From the NCBI RefSeq assembly GCF_030144855.1, contig NC_082731.1, forward strand, positions 20,274,135 to 20,338,000: a stretch of DNA of 63,866 nucleotides, in the 5' to 3' direction. Below are positions 21,857 to 35,402 of this stretch, piece by piece. A program made the position numbers and the translations under genes. The notes under the pieces are model-generated. The model was not told the origin of the DNA. It saw only the letters and a list, made by a program, of their open reading frames with translations, and made no database searches. The DNA is from Hypanus sabinus. Its lineage: Eukaryota. Every line of letters begins with the position of its first letter. Position 1 is the first letter of the stretch.

Positions 21857-22289
21857 ATGAATTTCATGTGTTCTCTGCTGATTATATTGGCTATGATGCC
21901 CGGTGAGTCTTCGCGGTAACGGTCTGTATCTGTCCCTTATGTCCGGAGAAAGCTCGATCTGTTCATGCATTCTGTCATTTTATTGCAGGAGCAATTGGGA
22001 AAGATTCCGTGACGCAGTGGCCGACTGATTTAACGATTGTGGAAGAACAAAATGTAACACTGAACTGTAGTTACACTGGCGATGCTCAATATATTATTTG
22101 GTACGTTCAGCATCGAGTGAAATCTCCAAAATACTTGCTAAAGATGGATAGCAGCGAAAAGATATACCGACATGCAGAATGTCCGGCGAGGTTTTCTGGT
22201 GGTTGGCAGAGAGACAGTAAGTCGGCACATTTGAGGATCTCTGCTGCTTTCGTGTCGGACTCCGCCGTGTATCTTTGTGCCATGAGTCC
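21857..22289 (+). CDS. TRAV/DV: TCR alpha/delta-type V segment V2 (leader 21857-21902, intron 21903-21988, V exon 21989-22289)
   Basis: Leader MNFMCSLLIILAMMP-G and GT..AG intron of 86 nt. Exon AIGKDSVTQWPTDLTIVEEQNVTLNCSYTGDAQYIIWYVQHRVKSPKYLLKMDSSEKIYRHAECPARFSGGWQRDSKSAHLRISAAFVSDSAVYLCAMS is open and followed by an RSS. Confidence 0.93.
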
Positions 22290-22328
22290 CACAGTGTTGT
22301 AAGGTAATGACAGCGCCGGACAAAATCC
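22290..22328 (+). other. 23-RSS (V2)
   Basis: CACAGTG, spacer TTGTAAGGTAATGACAGCGCCGG, nonamer ACAAAATCC. Confidence 0.93.
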
Positions 22329-25300
22329 GTCCATGATGCAGTGAGCGGTCGCTAGAGGGAGCCCTTTGTCCAGCGTCTGGCAGGAGCGCAGAAACAGATC
22401 CTCACGGTCACGTGATCGACATAGCAATGCGAATATTATTGCCAGATGGTATGCAGATTTGAGGAAATCTCCGTTCTTGGAATCTGCACTTGTTTGCTCA
22501 ACATGAAACGTTATAAAATTTTTCCCAATCACATGCGATAAGTTAGTTGCCACAGGGGGGCGACAGTAGCGATAACTGATATGGACAATAAATGGACAGG
22601 ATATTATATTACCGGTGCAGGAGAAATACTGGTGAAAATAGAAAGGAGCGAATTGCAGATACTCGAAATAGGCGAGGAGCCACTTTCCGTGTTTTTCTGT
22701 ATCTGTCCAAATAATGAGGGTACTATTCTCGGAATAGACACTGAAAGGGAAGGAAGGGCTAATGTAGATCCAGGAAACTGAAATAATTTGCACAAGCCAA
22801 GGGCAGCGAGCACGTACAACCAAATTCCTACACAACATAGTCACCGTAATCGCTCTGATAGCTGTTCAGAAGTCAGTAACGGCAATTAGGGACACTGGAA
22901 TTAAATCCCCTAGCGCCCTCCTCACAGGGAGGGCGGCACAAGGATGTCAAATAGGAACAGAGCAGGAGAAGTATATGAATGCAGAGGAAACACCTTTGGA
23001 CGGAAAACAGGGAATCTCTTTGTGGATGGGTCTCTGAGGTAACAAGAAGTTGCAAATGTCCAGGAAGAAGCGTCAGAAGCCAGTTGAATAAAAACAGACC
23101 GCTCCGAGGTGACCATCGGATAACATTCAAAACGCTGGGGGAAATGTTATGTCTCGTTATTATGAACAAAGGACAATCTGCAGATCCTTGAAATCCCATA
23201 AATACACACAGAGTGCTCGAGGAATTGACCTGTTCAGGCAGCATCTCTGTAGTGATGAACTGTAATTAAGCTAACTCGTCTGCTGCTTTTCTCCAGCATT
23301 TTCTGTGTATTGTCTTGTAATTATGGATCACTTCAGTCGGCACGTACAGGCTTTCCGAACCAGAGACTGCATCGCCAGCAGCGCTGCACGGAGTGTTGTC
23401 AGGTAATCCTACCAAGGTAAAGAACTCTTCCAGATGAACTATGACCATGAAGCATTTTTCACAAGAAGAGAGATAAATTAAATGTGCCGTCTGCGAGGGA
23501 TTCGACAACAGTCCCACATACACTGCCAGCAAAGACGCCACCTGGAAGATTAGTGAGCCTTCAGGGTTCCGGTCCTTGACGCGGTCTGATTCGAAGCCGG
23601 TGTTGCCGTCTAATGTGTTGTGTGAGTACACGTGAGATCCAAATCAGCATTAACTAGGGACCCGAGTTCTTTGAATACAGAGCTCAGAAGAAGCGACGCC
23701 ACAGACTGTGAACACCATAAATCAACGAGATGTTTGTTATGTCTCTCTTCTCGCTGTGAAAAGGGAACAGCTCTTTTCCATTTGTTTGGGAGAAAGAGAG
23801 TCTATGATATGTCGACTACTGGATGAAGGATTTGCCTTCGATGTACTGCATATATCTGTCTTTCCTAATGCTTTGCTGAAGGGTTGAGTGCTCTTGCTGG
23901 GTACCGATGCTTTTTACTGGGGGTGGAGTGAGGGGGAGCTCGTTGCTTTGATGCTGCTTATGCGTGGCAGGTGGGAGTTGGGGGGCGGATTTGCCTTTCT
24001 AATATCTACCATTCATTCTTTGGGGCACCCCTCTGTTTTCCTGGATGTTTTCGAAGAAATATTATTTCAGAATGTATATTGTATACATTTCTCTAACAAT
24101 AAATGTATGTATTTAGCTTATCGAATCCATTTATCCCTTAGAGTTCAGGAATCGTAGAAACAATAAACCAAAGAACACCTTTGCGAAACTACAGCTGATG
24201 GGGAAAGACATGGGTTGATGTATTACCATTCATCCTTTCAGCAGCTGCGGCCAGCGATCGCCTGCGTAATTCGGGCAGGAGTGCAACCAGGGAGAGGTCG
24301 CTGCGATAATTGAAATGGAGACACCCGAACCCCTTTGTTCTAAGTCTATCTCTTGTTTCGTTTACCTATGAGACTCCGTTTCCCTAAGTCCAGGCTCCGC
24401 GTCAAGACCCCGTGTCAAGTTTCCATATCAGGGCTCAGTTTTAAGATTTCTCCTGCTTGCTGTTCGGCGCTTACGCCCGTGTAAGCATCCAGACTCAATC
24501 TCCGTGCCTGTGTCCTGAACTTGGGTTCGCTTCCTACGCTCTTGTAACACTCTCGTGACGCAATTTCAAATGTCCTATTGTTGATGATAATTCGGATACC
24601 ATGTCTCCCCTGCGTTGGTTGCAGATCCTCATGACTTTTCTTCCTGGTGAGAGGCTGCCTAACTGGAAAGTCGTTCACTGCTTGTTCAGTGCCATCAGGG
24701 CCGCTCTCAAACCTATTCGTTACAAGTACGAGATTCGTTGAGCGGGATTCGAAGAAATTAAAGTTCATGGAATCTGCGGCTACACAGAAGCTGGCTAATC
24801 CTATATGTGGCAAATCGTGGAAAAATGTTGACAATATTCATCACTGGGAATGCTATTCAGACTGAAGAAAGATCCGTCAGGATGTCGGGTTCTCTAGACA
24901 AGAATGGCCAACATTTACCATTAAAGTATTTCCGGGTTCCCGTGCCGGATCGCGCCCTCTTTCTTTGTTCTAGTGTAACGGCAGATCGAGATCAAAATCT
25001 AATCTGATTGCAGCGGACTCTCGTACCAGACAGCGCCTTCAATTCGCCGTCATCATACAATGCAGGCCCGTCCAGGAAACGAAGGCGGCAACACACCCTC
25101 TCTGGACATTGAAAATATGAAGAAAACGTTTTAATAGGGATAGACTGACCTCGTCGGATTCTTTCATTTCCGGGGCGAGGCCAAATACAAAGTGGAGAAA
25201 CTGCACCCCGTGTTCCTCGGGATATCTGAAAAGCGACGGCATGAAGTTTTCATTCTCCACGTTCAAATATCCCTGCCTTCTCGTTCTCGCTCCAGCTGAT

Positions 25301-25500
25301 CCACTCAATTCCATTTTGGACCATTGGTTCCAGCATCCTCCTCCATTCCTTAACAATCGCTTCCACATTTCCGTCGTCTGCTGATAACCCCCTTAATCCT
25401 TGTGATTTTAATGATTTTAGGCAGAAAAGTAAAACTCGTCACATACCCTTTCTGAAAGTTCAACATTGTGCAACCATTATAATATAAACTCTGTGCTTGT

Positions 25501-26339
25501 NNNNNNNNNNNNNNNNNNNNNNNNNNNNNNNNNNNNNNNNNNNNNNNNNNNNNNNNNNNNNNNNNNNNNNNNNNNNNNNNNNNNNNNNNNNNNNNNNNNN
25601 NNNNNNNNNNNNNNNNNNNNNNNNNNNNNNNNNNNNNNNNNNNNNNNNNNNNNNAGGGGTGTTGAATACTTGTGGATGCTGGAAGAGAGGGGAATGAGAA
25701 AAAGAAAGATAATGAATAATAGAGAGGAAACGACACGGAGAACCGAAAAATGTGAGAAGAGAAAAGTAGACAGAGCAAAGCAAATATCGAAAGGATAAAG
25801 CGAGAGGAAAGGTGGTAGAGAANNNNNNNNNNNNNNNNNNNNNNNNNNNNNNNNNNNNNNNNNNNNNNNNNNNNNNNNNNNNNNNNNNNNNNNNNNNNNN
25901 NNNNNNNNNNNNNNNNNNNNNNNNNNNNNNNNNNNNNNNNNNNNNNNNNNNNNNNNNNNNNNNNNNNNNNNNNNNNNNNNNNNNNNNNNNNNNNAGGGGT
26001 GTTGAATACTTGTGGATGCTGGAAGAAAGGGGAATGAGAAAAAGAAAGATAATGAATAATAGAGAGGAAACGACACGGAGAACCGAAAAATGTGAGAAGA
26101 GAAAAGTAGACAGAGCAAAGCAAATATCGAAAGGATAAAGCGAGAGGAAAGGTGGTAGAGANNNNNNNNNNNNNNNNNNNNNNNNNNNNNNNNNNNNNNN
26201 NNNNNNNNNNNNNNNNNNNNNNNNNNNNNNNNNNNNNNNNNNNNNNNNNNNNNNNNNNNNNNNNNNNNNNNNNNNNNNNNNNNNNNNNNNNNNNNNNNNN
26301 NNNNNNNNNNNNNNNNNNNNNNNNNNNNNNNNNNNNNNN
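25501..26339. other. Three N runs (25501-25654, 25823-25994, 26162-26339) separating two copies of a ~168-bp purine-rich segment
   Basis: 25655-25822 and 25995-26161 are nearly identical (AGGGGTGTTGAATACTTG...GGTGGTAGAGA), period 340. Confidence 0.9.
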
Positions 26340-28354
26340 GGGAAAAGAGAAAGAGAATGTTCAGGAAATACGTGAGACAGAGTGATTAAAAGAGAGAAAG
26401 AAGAGAAGGACAGGATATCAGGATAATATGCTGTGTTAGCAGATGCGAGAGAAGAACTGAGATTTAGAAACAGAGAGACTCTGTTAAAACATGCTCGTTC
26501 CGTTTGGTTCCATAATTCTTTCATCTTTCATTTGCGAGGCAACCAAGACGTTGTGGACGGGAGCATTTCAGTTACTGTGCAACCAGACACACTCGCCCCC
26601 GAGGGCTTTGCCGGCCGTTTGACTCGCTACGTGGAGCAATCCATGTTTCAAGCCTTCCAAGGTAATGCTCCTCAGCTCTTTCTGTGCTACACACTGACGA
26701 CGTTATCGTGCACACATGCTGAGCTCGTCATTTCATCAACTTTGCCACCAATGTCCACCATGCACTAGCATTCAACTGGATATTTTCTGAAACCGTTCTC
26801 CCTTTTCTCGATCTCTCTCTCCATCTCTGGAGACAGCTTTTCTATTCCATTGTTATCTTGATTATATCTCTGACTAGCGTATCCTGTAAAATGCTATTCC
26901 TATATTTCCTGTTCTTCAGCTTCTCTGCATCCTTTCCCAGGATGACGCTTTACTTTCTAGGGCGTCAGAGTATTGAGAGTATCGGATACGTCTATGACAT
27001 CCGGTGCTCCCGATACTATAGATTGCTGAGACCCGACGGATATTGAGGGATGCTTTATCGAACACCTTCACTCCATCTGCGGGAAAAACGGATTTTCTCG
27101 CTGCCAGCCATTTTAATTCCAATCTTCATTCTCTTTTCGACATATTGGTCTGAACCCTATGGACTGTTCTTCTGCCACGGTGAGGCGACTCTCAGTGTGG
27201 AGGAGCATCACCTCATATTCCGTCCAGGTAGGCTCCAATTTGAATGCACGGATATTAATTTTGCCTTACGGTATTTGTTTTTCTTCCATCTTCTTCTATT
27301 CCTCACTCTGGCTCTTATTTCTTCGCCTGACCTGCCCATCACCACCCACTTGCGACACTCATTCTCCCCTTCCTCGCATGGTCCACGCTCGTCTCCTGTC
27401 AGATTTTATCTTCTCCAGGTTCTTAACTTTGCTGAAGTGATATTTGGGTCAACCACATGTAGCAATTAACTTAACTGTCTTCGGCCACTGGCCTTCAGGT
27501 TCGAATATGTATCGTAAATTTAATTTAAAATGAAGCTGTGAATCATTGATCTCCCAAAAACTTTAAATCACAGACCAGGCAATGCTGATTAAAATTCAGT
27601 TGGATATCTGTGGTCTGGGTATAAATCAGGAGTTGTGATTTGCCTGTAGTTCCCAAAAAACATTGTGTAATCACTGTAAATATGGAGTTGTATTTTGATT
27701 TACAGCACATAAACTATCAGCTAGCGTGGGTCAGCGAGACCTTTCGACTGAAAGGGTCTCAATATAATTTCTGCTGTGTCTTATTTTGTCAAATAAAGCA
27801 ACTGCAACTGACGAGTACTTTTCTCTTATCCTTCTTGTCACATTTCCCTGGTGCTCATCTTCCCTTTATAAAATGGCCTACTCTCCTCTCCTATCAGATT
27901 CCTTCTTTTCCAGCCCTTCACCGTTCTCACCCACCCGGTTGCACGTACAATCATCTGACTTTTCCTCCTATCCGTACCACTGTTTTTTTTTAATTCAGGC
28001 GTCTTTCCCCCTTCCTTTCCATCCCTTATTAACGGACAAAGGCCGAGGTATCGATTGTTTTATTCATTTCCATAGACGTTGCCTTACCTACTTAGTTCCT
28101 CCAGTATTTTGTTTGCTTTGCTGCGGATTTCGAGCATTTTGAGAAAGCAGTGGGGATTTGAATCGGATTGAGGGATCGTGGCATTTTTCGGCTGTTCGTC
28201 CATATTTTCATTCCAATGATATCGCCGAGGTTGGTGAGGGTAGAATGCGTCGGAAGTAGGATGGCTCCTGTCACGAATGGCCTCCCCACTGTGAAATATA
28301 TATGCTCCGATATACGGTTGCTCAGAAAATTTCCGTGTGAAACTGATAATGAGT

Positions 28355-28437
28355 TACCAGGAGTGGGGTTAGAACACACGTGAACATTCGTTCATTGGAT
28401 TTTAAGTCCAACGCCTTAACCTCTCGGCCGTCCTGGT
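28355..28437 (-). pseudogene. tRNA-Leu(TAA) pseudogene, paralogue of 12602-12684
   Basis: Relative to the intact copy: T8>C, A-box GAGTGG>GAGAGG, G37>A, T-stem GTGGG>GTGTG (mispair) and B-box GTTCGAA>GTTCTAA. Confidence 0.85.
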
Positions 28438-31400
28438 CCGACAAATCGAGAATGGCGAAATACCATTACCGACCAGTTGAAAAACGTTCTCGGAGTTCCT
28501 GCTTGGATACTGCTGTATGCGCCAGGCTGTCGTACCCCTGTGTAGTCGCATTCCATTAAAATACTTCAACTTTTCTCGTATTTCAGCTTTCAACTCCTTT
28601 AGATTTTTCATACGTGGGCCATAGCACATATCTAAGGTTATAAGATTAAGAACTGAAGGTCATAGATTTAAGGGGAGAGGAAATAGATTTCTTTTAATAT
28701 AGGGAGTTTAGTGATAGAGTTTTTTTTTAACACACTTAGTGGAACTGCCGTGATTTGTTGGAATCAAATGCAATCATTGAACATATGGAACAGATCTATT
28801 TCTACCTTTAATATTTTTCCCTTTCAGGGTTCTTTTTGAAGACCCTGACCTGGAGTTACACGCAGGCTTCGGATCTTCGCGGGACTGGGGCCCTTTCTCA
28901 GGATAACACGACTGGCCCTATATTCGACATGCCAAGGGTTTGATTTGGGAATCTCGATCGTGTTCGGAAGCCTAAGATCTCGGGGATGTGGAGACGGGCG
29001 GATCGAGGGACGGTGTCACGGCAGGAGACTCCTGTGTCGTCAGGGAGGCCGGAAAAACTTTCGCCGTAGGCCCGAAGACCCGAGGTCTTTGCGATCTTCG
29101 GACACAGAGATCGAAAAAAGCGACGAAACGGACTTTTAAGATCGTAAAGCAGCGGGTTGTTGTTATTTCTCCCGCTTGCTGTTAAAGTCGGGGACACCTC
29201 CCTCTCTCTAGCCAGGGAGAGGGAGAGAACCTATGGTTTGTCGAATTTCGGATGAAATGAGAAGGTTTTCGGGTATCTTTGGTCTGTGTCTTTCCTATTG
29301 CTTAGCACACTCTTGGGTTCGGTGATGGTACGCTTGCCCTGTCGGGGACCGAGAGGATGTTTGCGAAGAAAAGCATTTCAGGATGCATATTGTATACATT
29401 TCTCTGACATTAAATTTAAAGGTTGAGCTTTTGTAGCAATCCAGCTGGGAATTTTGACTGAGTGAGATAGACAGAGAGACAGATAAGTAGATAGATACAG
29501 AGTGAAACAGAGGGGGGAAAGACTGGGAGCAAACGGCACACAGGAAGAGTGAGAGAGTGAAGGGGAGTGGGAGAGCCACACGCTGCTAGGGCAGTTGCTG
29601 GAAATTCGAACGATGGTGGATAGATAGAGAACGCGTGCATGTGGGAATTACGGGCACAAAAATGTAAGAACGTAAGCACGATTGTGCCAATCTACTTTTT
29701 AATCGTTGTAACGGAGAGAGTTTATATTTTGGGCACAAACGACGACAGCAGCTTGAATCCGGAGCAAAAATAATACTGCGGGAGGAACGCGGCGGGTCGA
29801 AAAGGGTAGCATCTGTGGCAAGGCAGGTATCAGGTCGAGATCCGATGTCAGGATAGCGAATGTAGAGACGATACAGCTAGTTGAAAAACAGAACAATGAA
29901 GAAATTGGTAGGCGATGGGTGGAACCAATCGAGCGAGGGGCATAATGGGCAGATGGAGCCATTAACGGGAGGGGAACCGAGGAGAATGTTTGTCTTCAGC
30001 TGCTGGAATGTGATGTGATGGTATGTGATTGATTAAATCAGGTACATGTCTATTAACTCTTGCTCAGTCCTGTGAGATGGAGAGCAGAGACGACAGGATC
30101 TTGCTTCTGTTTCAGGGTATGAGCAGATGGAGAGGTTGGGCAAACTTTGCAGCGTTGGAGGCTGGAGGGAAACCTGACAAGTCTGTATTAATGCATCGCA
30201 GGTACAGATAGAACGGAGTAAAATTATTTTCCAAAGGGTGCAAATGTCAAGTAATAGAATACATTGGTTTAAGGCAAGAAGGCAGAGTTTAAACGAGATT
30301 TTCCAAGCTAGTGTCTTCTTTACATGGCGAATTGTGGACACTTGCAACGCTCTATCCGGTGAAATGTTGGAGGCAGGTATGGCGTTTAAGAGTCACCTAT
30401 GCTAAAATTAGGCATACGGGTCATGTTCAGGGGCACATCACTCTAAAGTAGTATTTGTGTCAGATACAGGCATGTGCGCTGAGTAGCCTGTCCCTGCGCT
30501 GTACTGTTCTAAATTCCAATCTATCTTCCTTCTATTTCTGTATATGGTTTCGTATTTATACTTATTTCAATTTCGATTTTATTGTTATAAAAACTTTAAT
30601 TTACCAAAGATAGGTGATTTAAATTTTTTTTGTGCTTTCCAGATATGCATAACATAGCCCCCAAAGGATGTTGGACCATTTATTTCAGGTAAAATTAATG
30701 GTTATGAGTAATGCCCCACCCCGTCCACTGCAGGACCGAACAAGCTACCAAACACAAGGTCACAGAAACGATCCACTTTCTCAGACCTTCCCACTTAGCT
30801 TTTTCGTTACTCGATTGAGTTGTTATAAAGTACTTCGAATCCTCGTTCTCAGCACTCTTTCAAACGACTACTCGACACTTCCAGAAAATCCTTCGTTGGA
30901 ACTTCCCACTTTGAGAAAGAATGACTCAACCTCTTGAGCACCTGTGCCCAGGAGTGCATGTACCACATTCTGTAAGGATCATAATCTTTCCCCATTAATT
31001 GCCCTGGATGCGATGCTGCCGAACTTTGATGCTGACGATGAGGTTTTTTAAACGCAACAGGTGCAGGTATTGAGCACGGACACCCAATAGAACAACTGCT
31101 GGAAGCACTGTCTGCCAGCTCAAGTGACAGTAATTAAAGCGGAATCTCAGCGGTATGAGAAGAGAAAGGAACAGAAAGTAATAACAAGAAACGGCAACTG
31201 TTCAGGAAGAAACTTCGGAAGCCAGTTGAATAAAAACAGACAGCTCCGACAGGCCCCTTCAAAAAACAGGTGGGAAAGCTTATGTCTCGTCATTATGAAC
31301 TAAAGAAAATCTGCAGAAGCTGGAAATCCCAGAAATACACACAAAATGCTGGAAGAATTGACCTGGCCAGGCAGCATCACTGTAGTAATGATCTGTAATT

Positions 31401-33814
31401 TAGCTACCTGGCCTCCTGCGTTTTTCCGGCATATTGCGCCTATTGTCTTGTAATTATGAATCACTTCAGCCCGCGCGAAGACGCTTTCCGAACCAGAGAC
31501 TGCATCGTCAGCACGTCAGGTAATCTTATAAAGGTGAAGAACACTTGCCGGTGGCTGTGACCAGTAAGTACATTTCACTGGGAATGTGATAAATGAAATG
31601 TGCCGAATGCGAGGGATTCGACAACGGTTCCACATCCCCTATTAACAAGGACGGGGCTGGAAGATTAGTGCGCCTCAGGTTCTCGGGCTTGGAGGCGGGC
31701 ATATTCGAGGCCGGTGCTGCCGCCTGTTGTGTTGTGTTAATACACGGAAGATCGAAAGCAGCAAGAACTAGGGACCCGAGTTCTTTGAGCACAGAGCTCG
31801 GAAATAGCGACGCCACAGGCTTTGAAGACCATATTTTAGCGAGTTGATGTGTCTCTCCTCTCGCTGTGAAACAGGAACACTTCTTTTCCACTTATTCGGA
31901 AGAAAGTGAGCCTGTGATATTTCGAATACTGGTTGAACGATTTGTCTTTGATGTACTGCATATATCCGTCTTTCTTAATGCTTTGCTACAGGCTTGAGTG
32001 CTCTTGCCGGGTGGATGAAGCTGCATTTCTAAAGACTGCTGTTCACATTTCTGGACAAACACTCTGCTTAGCATTTTGAAAGAAGCAATTTGGCATGATA
32101 GGGTAGATGTGCATGCGCCTATGGGAATTATGGGAAATTCCGAAGGAGGGCATTTTTGCACCCAATTTGAGTCGATCTTGCTTAAAATTGGCCTACAGTG
32201 CTAGATAATTATTTTTGTCCCGTGTGCTAAGAGGAGGGAATGTTCGAGAGAATTTTAGATCCAGCTCATATTGGCAATTAATGTAACTGGCTACGGCGTC
32301 TGGCCTTCAGAGTCGAATATGCATTTTAGATTATTTTAAAATGCAACTCCGAACAAATGGTTCCTAAACGCCTTAGATCACGGACCAGACAATGCTTATT
32401 ACATTGCATTTCCATGTCTGTGGTATGGGTGCGAACCGTGACGTGTTTGTGATTTGTGATCGCTTCCAAAGAAGGCATTAGGGGGTTCATTGTGAACACG
32501 TAATTGTCCTTTGTTGATAAGTACATAATATATGAGGTAGCGTGAGCATCGAGACATTTCCGCCGAAAGGGCCTTAATTCAGTATATTGCCTGCTGTATC
32601 TTGTTGTTTCAAAAAAGTCACCCTGAGTATAATCAGCTCTCGTTTTTAGGTGCGTCGTTGGCTCAACACTCTCCTAAGGGACCCTACTACCTACCCCCGT
32701 CCCTCCGATTTCCGCAGGGATTGCACTTTCTGCTATTCCTTTTCATTCGTCCTGACCACTAATCTTCAACCAGACAATTAATCTTGTAAGCGGCTTGATA
32801 GCTACACCTGCCTCACTACCATTGAGAGCCGAATACGTTTTTCTTATTTTCTGCCTCAGTGGCGTGTCCTCCGTTTGCCGGAGGGAAGACATGCGGAGAG
32901 AGATGCGTCTGAATTGCGGTTTGTGACTGGGCAGAGGAGAGAGGAAAGAGTGGAGATCTAATATGGTGCGAAAATGAAGGGAGAAAGTGCGATTGAGAAT
33001 GATGGTGTGGGAAAGTGAATAAATGAGCGAGACGTATGGGCACTGAAATAGTGAGTGAGTGAGTGAGTGAGTGAGAGAGAGAGAACGAAAGAGAGAGAAT
33101 GAGAGAGAAATGTTGATCTATAGAGCAGTAATTCGACCGAGTGGCAGGAGAAGAGAGAGAACTGGGAAGGCGAGACTTTGTGGAAGAAAAATGGAGGAAA
33201 GAGAATGCGGTCCAGCCACCGTAGGTAGTGTTTATCCTGAAACTTTTTTTCAGTTCTGGGCATGGGAGTTCGAAGTTCTATTCCTGCGCATCTATATAAT
33301 GTCTGTATGACCTCCCTTCGGAATGTGCGGAAATTCTGCTGGATCTACAGACCCCGTTCGCAGTCCAAAGATGTACTGATAAGCATGTTAATCACTCATT
33401 GTAAATTGTGTTGTGATTAGGTTAGGGTCTTGGATCTCTCGGGTTGAAGTGGCCGATGCTAATATTCCACAATCCACCGCTAACTAACTAAATAAAACAA
33501 AAGTGGGAAGTGTGGGACAAAGAAAGCATTTGAGAGAGGAAGACGGAGTGAGCGAGAGAAAGGGAAAGGGAAAGGCGGAGCACGAGGGAAGGAAGGATGT
33601 ATGCGGGGCATGAAAAAAGAGTCGAGTGGGATGAAAATAAAGAGAGAAAGAAAACGTATAAGGCAGGAACGAGAAAGAGGAAAGCAATGCTTGTGAAACT
33701 CAGGGAACGGTCGATGGAGAAAGTAGTGACACGGGAGGGAACGAAAAATGGAAGATTAGAGATGAATAGGATGTGAGGCAATCTGAGAGAGAGAGAGCTG
33801 GAGAGATAGACAGT

Positions 33815-34556
33815 AGACAATACACAATAGGTGCAGGAGGCGGCCATTCGGCCCTTCTAGCCAACACTGCCATTCACTGTGATCATGGCTGATCATACAC
33901 TATCAGTACCCCGTTCCTGCCCTCTCCCCATATCCCTTGACCCCGCTATCTATAAGAGCTCTATCTAACTCTGTCTTGAATGCATCCAGAGACTTGGCCT
34001 CCACTGCCTTCCAGGGCAGAGCATTCCACATATCCACCACTCTCTAGGTGAAAACGTTTTTCCGCATCTCAGTTCTAAATGGCCTACCCTTTATTATTAA
34101 ACTGTGGCCTCTAGTTCTGGACTCACCCATTTGCGGGAACATGCTTCCTGCCTTCAGCGTGTCCAATCCCTTAATAATCTTATATGTCTCAATCAGATTC
34201 CCTCTCATCCTTCTAAATTCCAGTATGTACAAGACCAGTCGCTCCAATCTTTCAACATATGACAGTCCCGCCAATCCGGGAATTAACCTTGTGAACCTAC
34301 GCTGCACTCCCTCAACAACAAGAATGTCCTTCCTCAAATTTAGAGACCAAAACTGCACACAATACTCCAGGTGGGGTCTCACCAGGGCCCTGTACAGCAA
34401 CAGAAGGACATCTTTACTCCAATACGCAATTCCTCTTGTTATAAAGGCCAGCATGCCATTAGCTTTCTTCACTGCCTGCTGTACCTGCATGCTTGCCTTC
34501 ATTGACTGATGTACAAGAACACCTAGATCTCGTTGTACTTCAGCTTTTCCTAACTT
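33815..34556 (-). mobile_element. CR1 LINE 3' fragment (ORF2 C-terminus plus 3' UTR), 5'-truncated
   Basis: ORF 34044-34502: VKKANGMLAFITRG..LYRALVRPHLEYCVQFWS..LEFRRMRGNLIETYKI..SRTRGHSL..FRTEMRKNVFT is the typical CR1 ORF2 tail. The 3' UTR with GGCCATTCGGCCC ends near 33815. Confidence 0.92.
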
Positions 34557-34805
34557 GGTGTGGCCAAGTGGTAAAGGCGTTCGAATGGCGATCAGAAGGT
34601 CGTGAGTTCAAGCCTCTGCCGAGGCAGCGTGTTGTCTACCGGCAAACTGCTGGGGGTAAACCTCGCGGTTGACTGGCGTCCAATCCGGGGGGCGGGGTAG
34701 GGGGAAGGGGACGGGGGAGTCTCGAACTCTTAGTCGCTTCACGCTACAGAAACCGGCATAAGCACCGGCCTGATGAGCGTTTAGGCTCAGGACAGACTTT
34801 AACTC
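34557..34805 (+). mobile_element. tRNA-derived SINE
   Basis: A box TGGCCAAGTGG at 34561, B box GAGTTCAAGCC at ~34604, no cloverleaf, and a SINE-like tail GTCGCTTCACGCTACAGAAACCGG..CCGGCCTGATG..CAGACTTT. Confidence 0.7.
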
Positions 34806-35402
34806 ATTATCTGATGAGACTTGAGGGCCTTTTGCAAAATGGTTATTTCTTCATCGTTATGTACTCGTCGGTACTTATGGGTCATATGTCTAAAGACAAA
34901 CTCTGTCGCTTTTTCGCAGATAAATAAGACTCAATATTCACCGGACCAATTCATAACTGCATTTATATGCAGTGAGGAACATGGAGAAAGATCAAGCATT
35001 GAGAAGAGGTAGGGGGATTAAATACTGTAGAGTCAGTGAGCGATATTGCGAACATGTCAGAAAGAATTAGATAGATAGATAGAGTCAGAGAGTGCGTGTC
35101 TGAGAGAGAGAGGTGCAGTGGAACAGAAAGGACGAATGTGGGGGAAGAATATGGTAAGAATATGGAGCTTAGAAAAACAGAGACTTATCGAGAGGGCTAG
35201 GCAGTTCGAAGGTGAGGACATGTTCAGTAGAGCTTGGTGGGCCGAAGGGCCAGTATTGTGCTGTATGTTTTCTATGTTTCTATGTTTCTAGTTAGTGAGA
35301 TTGCAAATGAGTGAAAGCAGGAGAAACATTGCGAGTAAGTAATAGGAGATAGAAAGAGGTATAAAGGCAAGCAGAAACAGCAAAAGAACTGAAACAAAAT
35401 GT

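Larger units (their letters stand above)
23430..31010. repeat. Segmental duplication copy 2 (tRNA-containing block), paralogous to 7590-16100
   Basis: Colinear with copy 1. Lacks the solo LTR and a 606-bp segment (9469-10074 in copy 1). Confidence 0.85.

Noticed and set aside
34557-34630. Possible third tRNA gene
   Set aside because: A and B boxes are present, but there is no acceptor or anticodon stem pairing and it continues into a SINE body.
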